Shown in pieces: positions 39,600 to 47,427 of a stretch of 64,000 nt of DNA. Within the stretch, counting starts at the first letter, position 1; each line of letters opens with the position of its first letter. Location of the stretch: NCBI GenBank assembly GCA_937888635.1, contig CALARG010000004.1:7193-71192 (forward strand). Direction: 5' to 3'. Source of the stretch: an uncultured Alphaproteobacteria bacterium (GTDB lineage Bacteria; Pseudomonadota; Alphaproteobacteria; Rs-D84). The notes beneath the pieces were generated by a model. That model was not told where the DNA came from, searched no databases, and saw nothing but the letters and a program-made list of their open reading frames with translations. Position numbers and translations under genes: made by a program.

Positions 39600-40535
39600 T
39601 CACCTTTGATATGCGATTTGCTTTAGGTCTTGGGATAATTGTTCCAGACGCTGAACAATTAAATTCCACGATGTTTTTGGGGCAGTAAATGTTTGTTGCG
39701 CCATATTGTCATAGTCTGATTCCAGGGCGTATAAAACCGGATCCGACGGAATCAAAATAGCATCGCGTGGTGTTATATCTGTTCCCAATCGCTTGGTTGT
39801 ATATTTTTCCTGGTACTGTGCAACATCTGACAGCATGTGCGCGGTTTTGTCTAAATCAACGTATCCTGCCAGTCTGGCAACATCAAAATAGTGGCGCGAA
39901 TAAAATGCGTCTGTGTGTGGGCGTGCCGATATAGCGTTTGAATGCAAGGCAAAAACCTTGTCCCAGAAGGTTTGTTCATAGGCAACGGTTGGGATATGCC
40001 CAAATCGGGTGCCCCGTAATGCATACGGCATTACAGAATGAAAAGACAGCGCAGACGATGAGTATTTGCGCGGAATTATTTCAATGTGAATTTCTTCGGG
40101 CCTGTCACAAAATGCAGAATTATAGAATATATGAATTGTTGGTGATGACAGCCATTGTTCTTTGTTGCTTCTTATACAGTGTTCACGGTCTGTTTGTATT
40201 TGGAAATTATTGTCTGTGGCAATCAGGGCCGATATTCGGGGGGCAACAGTTTCAAAAATAAATGTTTTAAACCGTTTGCGAAATTTTTTTAACTGATTTC
40301 GCGATGGGGTGTCGGGAATATCGCAAAATACAGTGCATGCCAAATCCAGGTCCTGGCTGACGCGTGGGCTGAACGCATATGATTTTGTAATAGAGCCACC
40401 ACCTGCAAACACAAAATTTTCCGCGAAGAATTTATCTTGGAATAATTTGACCAAGATTGCACATTCCAGGAAATCTTTTTCCGCCATGGCAGGGTTTTTG
40501 GCGCCTGCAAAAATATCGTACCGTTTTTCTATCAT
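39600..40535 (-). CDS. Pol-beta-superfamily nucleotidyltransferase, AbiEii/DUF1814 (MenT-like) toxin family
   Basis: The N-terminal motif AEKDFLECAILVKLFQDK...FVFAGGGSITKSYAFSPRVSQDLDLA matches the AbiEii/DUF1814 signature (KD..ILk.l...FvFKGGTaL.k.y...RfSeDiDf; hG[GS]x9-13DhD). 311 aa. No AbiEi-type antitoxin ORF is adjacent. Confidence 0.65.
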   Translation of the reverse strand: MIEKRYDIFAGAKNPAMAEKDFLECAILVKLFQDKFFAENFVFAGGGSITKSYAFSPRVSQDLDLACTVFCDIPDTPSRNQLKKFRKRFKTFIFETVAPRISALIATDNNFQIQTDREHCIRSNKEQWLSSPTIHIFYNSAFCDRPEEIHIEIIPRKYSSSALSFHSVMPYALRGTRFGHIPTVAYEQTFWDKVFALHSNAISARPHTDAFYSRHYFDVARLAGYVDLDKTAHMLSDVAQYQEKYTTKRLGTDITPRDAILIPSDPVLYALESDYDNMAQQTFTAPKTSWNLIVQRLEQLSQDLKQIAYQR

Positions 40536-40634
40536 GCGCTGATTATAGCCAGTAAGTGCATTTTGTCAATAAAATGATAAAAAACTTGTGTTTATGGGTT
40601 TGACATAATGGTGTGCGATGGGTATTATGTAGGT

Positions 40635-40979
40635 ATGAAAAAAATTATTTTGTCTTGGTTGTTTTGCGCCCTGCCCGTGGTGGCGGATGCGTATGTTAAC
40701 CGCAATGCGGCGGTTGTTAAAATTATGAACAAAGACGCCGGCAAGGTTCAGCAGGTGGTAATTCCTGTGAATCAAGAGGTGCAATTTGAAAAAATCTTTA
40801 TAAATGTGCGGTCTTGTAAACAAACTGACCCGTTCCAGGCAGAAGATTTCTTTGCGTTCTTGGAAATTTCAGAACGCGACAAGGGCCAGGTTTTTGGCGG
40901 TTGGATGTCACGAAATGAACCAGGGCAAAATCCGTTGCAACATCCAGACTATGATGTGTGGTTGGTAAAATGCGAATAA
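40635..40979 (+). CDS. Small secreted protein, DUF2155-like (alphaproteobacterial periplasmic protein)
   Basis: Likely start ATG 40635 (MKKIILSWLFCALPVVADA, signal peptide). The C-terminal region resembles my recollection of the DUF2155 consensus (HP.YDVWlv.C). This is a family-level guess only. Confidence 0.45.
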   Translation: MKKIILSWLFCALPVVADAYVNRNAAVVKIMNKDAGKVQQVVIPVNQEVQFEKIFINVRSCKQTDPFQAEDFFAFLEISERDKGQVFGGWMSRNEPGQNPLQHPDYDVWLVKCE

Positions 40980-40998
40980 AGTTTTAAGGATTTATAAA

Positions 40999-41391
40999 AT
41001 GAAAGTATCAAATATTGTTGGATATATGTTGGGAAATGAAAACCATGTGGTTGCACGTGGTGACCAATGGTGCGATGCGGGTGAACAGGTTTATATTTGC
41101 ACAAATAAAGAAGTTGCCAAGGCGATATTAGAATCTTCGCAAATGGGGGTGGGAAATATTGTATGGACGACGATATATCGTGTGCATGCCAATGATATCA
41201 ATATTGATGCATATACGGATTTGCGAAATCTGGCGTGGACCAAGGAAGGAAATAAAATAATTGTAGACAGACCTGTTCTGTACCGTTCTGTACAAAAAAT
41301 GTTAGAACAACATTTATTGCAAAATGCGGCACAAATTCGCCCAGATTATTTTAAACTGGTTAACGGAGTACAAAGAGGGAAAAGAAAATGA
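40999..41391 (+). CDS. Hypothetical protein (130 aa)
   Basis: Coding-like ORF with no signal peptide; no homolog recognised. Confidence 0.4.
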   Translation: MKVSNIVGYMLGNENHVVARGDQWCDAGEQVYICTNKEVAKAILESSQMGVGNIVWTTIYRVHANDINIDAYTDLRNLAWTKEGNKIIVDRPVLYRSVQKMLEQHLLQNAAQIRPDYFKLVNGVQRGKRK

Positions 41392-41693
41392 ATTTTGCAA
41401 AAAAATATTTCAAGATTTTTATTGGTGTTGGGGTTTTACTGCTGGTAATTGTTGTGTTCTTTTTCGCACAGCGCAGTGATGCGTTGGAAACTGCGACACT
41501 GAAAGATTGGCGTGCGGCACCAATGGAACGCCGGGTTGCGTCCGCACAAATTATGACGGGGGCGACAGAAAATGTTGATATATTGGTCGCATGCATAGAT
41601 AAAATGGCCACACTGCCAGACAGTGGTCAAATGGCGGTGCGTGATGCGGCATCGCTGTGCCATACGGGAATTAAGTTAAAGCAAAATCTGTAA
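41388..41693 (+). CDS. Small membrane-anchored hypothetical protein (101 aa)
   Basis: N-terminal TM helix IFIGVGVLLLVIVVFFFA. The start overlaps the upstream stop (ATGA) and its own stop overlaps the next start. Confidence 0.45.
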   Translation: MNFAKKYFKIFIGVGVLLLVIVVFFFAQRSDALETATLKDWRAAPMERRVASAQIMTGATENVDILVACIDKMATLPDSGQMAVRDAASLCHTGIKLKQNL

Positions 41694-42376
41694 TGTGGAA
41701 ATTGTTTGTCGTTTTGTTCTTGGTCGGGTGTGGCATGGTGCCACGATTGCCCGGCCATGATTTTTTGGGTGCACGATATATAAATTCGCCCTTGGGTGAA
41801 GGGTGCGCGCCAGATTCTGATCCGCTGATACGATTTGATGCATTTGACTGTACCACATTTGTGGAAACGGTGATGGCAAATGATGATATAGAAACACTGA
41901 ATCAAATCCGATACAAGGATGGTCAAATTGGGTTCTTGAACCGAAATCATTTTATTGAATCTGATTGGCTGGTCAATAATTCAGATCGCGTGCAAAATGT
42001 CAGCGCTGATTACGCACAAACAAAAATACGCAGTGTTATAATTGATAAACGGTCTTGGTTTAAAAAAGTTCACAATATTGATACAGATTTTAAGTCGGTT
42101 GCAGTTGAGTTGGAATATATTCCATACGAATTTGCAAAAGATTTAAATATTGAAAAAACTATGATTGTGTTGTTTATTACTGACAATGCCGATTTTCGTG
42201 ATAAGATAGGAACTGATTTGGCGGTGGTACACATGGGCCTGATAATGCCAAATGGCGTTTTGCGGCACGCATCCAGTGAACGCGGCGCGGTTGTAGATGT
42301 GCCATTTGAAGAATATGTGAATGCGCGCAAAAAGAATAAAAATAACCTGGGGATAGCATTGGTGGAAATAAAATGA
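41693..42376 (+). CDS. Lipoprotein, possibly a permuted papain-like (DUF1460/NlpC-P60-like) hydrolase
   Basis: Lipobox LFLVGCG. A candidate catalytic Cys lies in DAFDCTTFVETVMA and a candidate His in AVVHMGLIM. The family assignment is tentative. Confidence 0.4.
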   Translation: MWKLFVVLFLVGCGMVPRLPGHDFLGARYINSPLGEGCAPDSDPLIRFDAFDCTTFVETVMANDDIETLNQIRYKDGQIGFLNRNHFIESDWLVNNSDRVQNVSADYAQTKIRSVIIDKRSWFKKVHNIDTDFKSVAVELEYIPYEFAKDLNIEKTMIVLFITDNADFRDKIGTDLAVVHMGLIMPNGVLRHASSERGAVVDVPFEEYVNARKKNKNNLGIALVEIK

Positions 42377-43494
42377 GTGATGAAAAATTAATTCGTATGG
42401 ATATGGGCACAATTGATTCTGAAACACACAGTGTGCGCCCCACCCTGTGTCTGGGAATTGAATCTTCGTGCGATGAAACATCTGCGGCAATTGTAGACAG
42501 CGACAAAAATATTTTGGCGCATATTATATATTCGCAAATACCAGAACATCAAAAATACGGTGGCGTTGTGCCGGAACTGGCAGCGCGCGCGCACATATTG
42601 GCAATTGAAGATGTTGTAAAACAAACCCTGGCCAAGGCCGGCAAAACAATTGATGATATAGATGTTGTTGCAGCAACTGCGGGACCGGGGTTAATCGGTG
42701 GTGTGTTGGTCGGTTGGATGGCAGCCACCGGTATCGCCCAGGCAACCGGAAAACCATTGGTTGCGGTCAATCACCTGGAAGGGCATGCACTGGTGCCACG
42801 GTTGTGCGCAACAATGGCAGATGGTACAAATGGAAATGTTCAGGTGGACTTTCCATATCTGTTGATGCTGGCATCTGGTGGGCATTGTCAGATTTTATTG
42901 GTGCGCGGTGTTGGACAATATGAAATGATTGGGCAAACATTAGACGACAGCGCAGGTGAAGCATACGACAAAGTGGCAAAAATGCTGGGACTGGGGTATC
43001 CAGGTGGGCCGATTGTTGATAAACGCGCGCAATGTGGTAATTCAAAGGCGTTTGCCTTTCCGCGTCCATTGTGTGATAAGCCGGGGTGCGATTTCTCGTT
43101 CAGCGGAATTAAAACGGCCGCGCGAACATTCTTGGACCGTGCCGCACAACCACTGACCGATGAATACATCAATGATTTTTGCGCATCGTTCCAGGCATCG
43201 GTTGTAGATTGCATAATTAATCGTTTAAATAACGCCCTGCGTGATTCGCGTGTACGCGATTGTATGCCAAAAACACTGGTTGTGGCAGGGGGTGTTGCAA
43301 AAAACAGCGCAATTCGCAGCGCAATGGAAAAATTTGCCCAGAAAAACAAAATGATATTTGCTGCCCCACCAATGAGTCTGTGTACAGACAACGGCGCAAT
43401 GATTGCATGGGCAGGATTGGAAAATTATAAGATTGGTAAAGTCGTGTCTGAACCTGTTGCACCGCGCCCGCGTTGGCCACTGACCGAATTGTAA
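42373..43494 (+). CDS. tsaD: tRNA N6-adenosine threonylcarbamoyltransferase TsaD
   Basis: LGIESSCDETSAAIV..., HLEGH metal-binding motif and the C-terminal LVVAGGVAKN. About 10 extra N-terminal residues suggest the true start may be the ATG at 42400-42409. Confidence 0.9.
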   Translation: MSDEKLIRMDMGTIDSETHSVRPTLCLGIESSCDETSAAIVDSDKNILAHIIYSQIPEHQKYGGVVPELAARAHILAIEDVVKQTLAKAGKTIDDIDVVAATAGPGLIGGVLVGWMAATGIAQATGKPLVAVNHLEGHALVPRLCATMADGTNGNVQVDFPYLLMLASGGHCQILLVRGVGQYEMIGQTLDDSAGEAYDKVAKMLGLGYPGGPIVDKRAQCGNSKAFAFPRPLCDKPGCDFSFSGIKTAARTFLDRAAQPLTDEYINDFCASFQASVVDCIINRLNNALRDSRVRDCMPKTLVVAGGVAKNSAIRSAMEKFAQKNKMIFAAPPMSLCTDNGAMIAWAGLENYKIGKVVSEPVAPRPRWPLTEL

Positions 43495-43530
43495 TTGATA
43501 TAGAAAAACTGTTGTGATATAGTTCGCGTT

Positions 43531-44046
43531 ATGGAAGCAAGGAAGAAAGAACAATTATTTGAAGGCGCAACGAAGAAATTAATCGGCCAACTGGATACGA
43601 TGGGGCTGGACAAGCGGTCGCGTATGCAGGCTAAGAATTTTGTGTTGCTGTTTCGCGACAGTTTTAAGTTAGATACAGTTAAACGCGCGACCTTTTCACG
43701 CGTAATTGGTGATGATTACAAGAATTTTCCGTATGATGCGTATGGTTTCTGCAAGGCCGCCAGTTGTTCTTTTGTCGGGCTGATGAACAATCCAAAAGAA
43801 TGGCGGGTTATGTATATAAACGAGGTCTGGGCATACGGACCACACTATTATGTTCAACATATCCCCAGCGGACAGACATTTGACCTGACATACGATCAAT
43901 ATGAACATGACATGCTGACTGTGCCGTATCATATGGGACGACCAATAAAAATTAATCGTGAAGCCCAGGATACAGTTGTTAGATTTCTGCACTCAATTGG
44001 TATAGACTTTATGGAATTTGTGAAAAACAATAATGCAAAAGAGTAA
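43531..44046 (+). CDS. Hypothetical protein (171 aa)
   Basis: Coding-like ORF; no recognisable domain. Confidence 0.4.
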   Translation: MEARKKEQLFEGATKKLIGQLDTMGLDKRSRMQAKNFVLLFRDSFKLDTVKRATFSRVIGDDYKNFPYDAYGFCKAASCSFVGLMNNPKEWRVMYINEVWAYGPHYYVQHIPSGQTFDLTYDQYEHDMLTVPYHMGRPIKINREAQDTVVRFLHSIGIDFMEFVKNNNAKE

Positions 44047-44051
44047 GTGAT

Positions 44052-45284
44052 ATGCAAAAACCTGAACCGTTTGTAAATGGCGATACTGTTTTTAGCGTGA
44101 CCGATGCGTCCGCCCTGTTAAAAGGTGTGGTTGAAACCGCATTTCCGCGCATAAAAATTCGCGGGGAATTATCACAAATAACACGTGCGACTTCGGGGCA
44201 TATGTATATGACGATTAAGGATTCAGGCGCGGCAATATCTGTGATTATATGGCGTGGGACACCTGTTTCTTTTAAATTGGAAGAAGGGATGGAGGTTATC
44301 CTGACTGGACGCTTTACAACATATCCTGCACGCAGTAATTATCAAATTGTCGCCAGTGAAATTGAGATGGCGGGCGTGGGCGCAATCTTGAAAATGCTGG
44401 AAGAACGCAAAAGAAAACTGGCTGCCGAAGGTTTGTTTGACGAAAACAGGAAAAAGCCCCTGCCCCGATTACCACAAAGAATTGGTGTTGTTACCAGTCC
44501 GACCGGTGCTGCATTTCAAGACATTCAAAACAGGTTGCGCGAACGCTTTCCGGTGCATGTGTTGTTATATCCGGCGACTGTCCAAGGCACAACTGCCGCA
44601 GCCGAGGTTGCCGCCGGCATTGAATACTTTAACAAAATACGCAATGTTGATGTTATTATTGTTGCGCGTGGTGGTGGCGCATTGGAAGATTTGCTGCCGT
44701 TTTCAGAAGAAATTGTTGTGCGTGCCGCAGCCGCCAGTGAAATACCACTGATATCTGGCGTTGGGCATGAACCAGACTGGATGCTGATTGATTTTGCCGC
44801 CGACTATCGCGCGCCAACACCAACCGGTGCCGCCGAAGCAGTTGTGCCAACAAAACTGGCACTGATTCAAGAATTAGATAATATGTGGGTCAGATTGTCA
44901 GGTAACTTTACAACCCGTCTGATAAATGCAAAACAGCGAATAGAGGCCATTAATATAAAAAGCCCAAAACAGGTCGTTATGGAACACGCCCAGCGATTAG
45001 ATGACATAGGGCGCACAATGAATGTTATTATTAACGCAAAATTGACCACGGCGCGACAAAAGATGGATATAGTTTCTGCGTTTCCAAATATTCTGCAAAA
45101 TCAGATAAATGTATTGACCCAGGGACTGAACCATATGGGACAGATGTTAAATTCACTTAGTTATAAAAGTGTTTTGTCACGCGGATATGCAATTGTGCGT
45201 GATGCAAACAATCAAATAGTCAGCCGCAGCGATGCGGGCGCGCCCGCAACAATTGAATTTGCGGACGGCGTAATTACACTGTAA
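44052..45284 (+). CDS. xseA: Exodeoxyribonuclease VII large subunit
   Basis: N-terminal OB-fold (FSVTDASALLKGVVETAFPRIKIRGELSQITRATSGHMYMTIKD) and the catalytic domain GVVTSPTGAAFQDI...IIVARGGGALEDL; 410 aa. Confidence 0.92.
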   Translation: MQKPEPFVNGDTVFSVTDASALLKGVVETAFPRIKIRGELSQITRATSGHMYMTIKDSGAAISVIIWRGTPVSFKLEEGMEVILTGRFTTYPARSNYQIVASEIEMAGVGAILKMLEERKRKLAAEGLFDENRKKPLPRLPQRIGVVTSPTGAAFQDIQNRLRERFPVHVLLYPATVQGTTAAAEVAAGIEYFNKIRNVDVIIVARGGGALEDLLPFSEEIVVRAAAASEIPLISGVGHEPDWMLIDFAADYRAPTPTGAAEAVVPTKLALIQELDNMWVRLSGNFTTRLINAKQRIEAINIKSPKQVVMEHAQRLDDIGRTMNVIINAKLTTARQKMDIVSAFPNILQNQINVLTQGLNHMGQMLNSLSYKSVLSRGYAIVRDANNQIVSRSDAGAPATIEFADGVITL

Positions 45285-45313
45285 AAAACAAGGCCCCATT
45301 ACGGGGCGTTTTT
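45285..45313. terminator. Bidirectional terminator between xseA (+) and recN (-)
   Basis: ggccccattacggggc hairpin with flanking A- and T-runs. Confidence 0.65.
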
Positions 45314-46964
45314 ATTGCTTTAACAATGTTTTTGCCATTGTTATAGATTCAGGCGTTATTTCAGCACCACTGATTATTCGTGCGATTTCATTTATGCGTT
45401 CGTCAGATTTTATTTCGCATACACTGGTTGTGGTTTTTTCATCGTGAACCGACTTTGATATTTTAAAGTGCCGGTCAGCAAAGCCTGCAACCTGGGCAGA
45501 ATGCGTTATAACCAATGCCTGGGATTGGTGCGCCAGACGATTAAGGCGCGCCCCGACCGCAGACGCAGTGGCACCACTGATACCGGTATCAATTTCATCA
45601 AAAACAAACGAACACATATCGTCTGTGCCGGTTAAAACAACACGCATTGCCAGCATTAAACGCGCCAATTCACCACCTGATGCCGCCCGATGCAGGGGCG
45701 CAAATGGCGAACCAGGATTTGTCTTTATCATAAATGTAATGTCGTCCGTACCGGTTGATGATGCATCAGTTGCGTTGATTTCAACCATAAAATCAGCAGA
45801 CCCCAGTTTTAAATCAGGCAATTCACGCAGTAATGCATCGCGCAATATATTGGCGCCATGGACGCGCGCATTATGCAATTGTGTGGCAGATGCATCAAAA
45901 TCAGCCCGCGCCACCTTTAACGCGGCAGATAATTTTTGTAATTGCGCATCCGAATTATCAATCGCATCAAGTTGTGCAGACATTTTTTCCAGTAATGCCG
46001 GCAGTTCGTCCGCAGGCGTGCGATGTTTGCGTGACGCAGCACGAATTGCGAACAGTCGTTCTTCTATTGCGTCCATGTCATCCATATCGGATACTTCGGC
46101 GGTTAATGAATCAGATATTTGCGCAACGGTTTCTGCAATCTGGTACAATTTATCAATTTGTTCTGAATACGGGTTTTCATCGCCTTTGATTCTTTGTAAT
46201 ATGTGTGCGACCGCAAACAGTTGCGAATCAATTGAATTGCCACGCGGCGATAGGGCCTGTTGAGCCTCGGTCAAAATGGCGGCGTTTTTTTCGGCATTCA
46301 TCATATTGGCGCGACGGGTTGCCAGTTCTTCTTCTTCGCCGGGTTGAACATTCAGATTACGCAATTCTGCGACATTGTGTTCTAAAAATTCGCGTTCAGA
46401 TTCACTGCGTGCCAGCATTTCTTGCAACTGGGCCAATTGTTTTTTTGTTGTGTTATATAGCGAATATTTTTCTTTAACTTGTTCCAACAACTGTTTGTAA
46501 TCAGGTATATTATTTTGCAAAAACAAATCCAGCGTCGGACGGTGCGTTGACTGATTTAACAATGTATGATTTGCAAATTGGCCATGTATTTCAACCAAAC
46601 TGTCGCCAACCGACTTTAATGTCTTTACAGACACCGGCACATCATTAATCCACGCCCTGCTTTTACCATCGGCTGACAATGTACGACGCAGAATCAGACC
46701 GTCTGAACAATCAATATCATTTTCTGCCAATATGTTTTTAACCGCGTTTGGCACCATATCAAATTCAGCCGTTGCAGACGCTGTGTCGCAACCGTGGCGT
46801 ACCAACCCCGCATCAGAACGCGCGCCCAACGCCAGCGACAGCGCATCCATCAAAATACTTTTGCCCGCACCCGTTTCCCCGGTCAGCACATTCAGTCCCG
46901 CACCGAATTCCAGATTCAGTTTTTCAATTAAAACAATATTTGAAATATTTAAACCAACTAACAT
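45312..46964 (-). CDS. recN: DNA repair protein RecN
   Basis: N-terminal Walker A LNVLTGETGAGKSIL, a coiled-coil middle section and C-terminal signature/Walker B motifs; 550 aa. Confidence 0.93.
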   Translation of the reverse strand: MLVGLNISNIVLIEKLNLEFGAGLNVLTGETGAGKSILMDALSLALGARSDAGLVRHGCDTASATAEFDMVPNAVKNILAENDIDCSDGLILRRTLSADGKSRAWINDVPVSVKTLKSVGDSLVEIHGQFANHTLLNQSTHRPTLDLFLQNNIPDYKQLLEQVKEKYSLYNTTKKQLAQLQEMLARSESEREFLEHNVAELRNLNVQPGEEEELATRRANMMNAEKNAAILTEAQQALSPRGNSIDSQLFAVAHILQRIKGDENPYSEQIDKLYQIAETVAQISDSLTAEVSDMDDMDAIEERLFAIRAASRKHRTPADELPALLEKMSAQLDAIDNSDAQLQKLSAALKVARADFDASATQLHNARVHGANILRDALLRELPDLKLGSADFMVEINATDASSTGTDDITFMIKTNPGSPFAPLHRAASGGELARLMLAMRVVLTGTDDMCSFVFDEIDTGISGATASAVGARLNRLAHQSQALVITHSAQVAGFADRHFKISKSVHDEKTTTSVCEIKSDERINEIARIISGAEITPESITMAKTLLKQ

Positions 46965-46986
46965 GCCTGGATTATAGCCATTTTAC

Positions 46987-47427
46987 TTATATTTTTTCCA
47001 GCGAAAAATCATGCGTCCATAAAATATAGCCTTTGATTGCATAATCCGGATAAACCGCATGCAACAAGGCGATATATTCGCGAACCTGGAAAATATATTT
47101 GTCGCGATTAATCGTTTTGTCTATGTCTGTTTTATAATCCAGCACAGACACCGTCTTGTCTGATGCGTTTACAACCAATCGGTCAATGCGACGACTGATA
47201 AAACGCCCTTTTATCGTGCCGGCAATTGGAACCTCGGTTTTGGCAGATACGCAAAAGAAAGGCAGCAATTCGGATTTTGCAGAAATACGCGCAACCACAT
47301 CTGGGTCGCCCGATGTTTTATCGGCTTCAATCATGACCCGTTGCAATCTTTTATGCATTTGGGTGCCGGCATCGGTTGCAAAACGCGTGCGTTCACACTG
47401 ATTTAAAATGTCATGCAATGTCTTCAT
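46987..47427 (-). CDS. PD-(D/E)XK (RecB-family) nuclease domain; C-terminal fragment of a split AddA-like helicase-nuclease
   Basis: The nuclease motif IDRLVV...VSVLDYKTD...Y is present. The start overlaps the upstream helicase ORF in a different frame (the ORFs overlap at 47411-47427). Confidence 0.6.
   Translation of the reverse strand: MKTLHDILNQCERTRFATDAGTQMHKRLQRVMIEADKTSGDPDVVARISAKSELLPFFCVSAKTEVPIAGTIKGRFISRRIDRLVVNASDKTVSVLDYKTDIDKTINRDKYIFQVREYIALLHAVYPDYAIKGYILWTHDFSLEKI

Noticed and set aside
45568-46263. Plus-strand 231-aa ORF and others inside recN
   Set aside because: Antisense to recN, which has intact Walker A/B and signature motifs over its full length.
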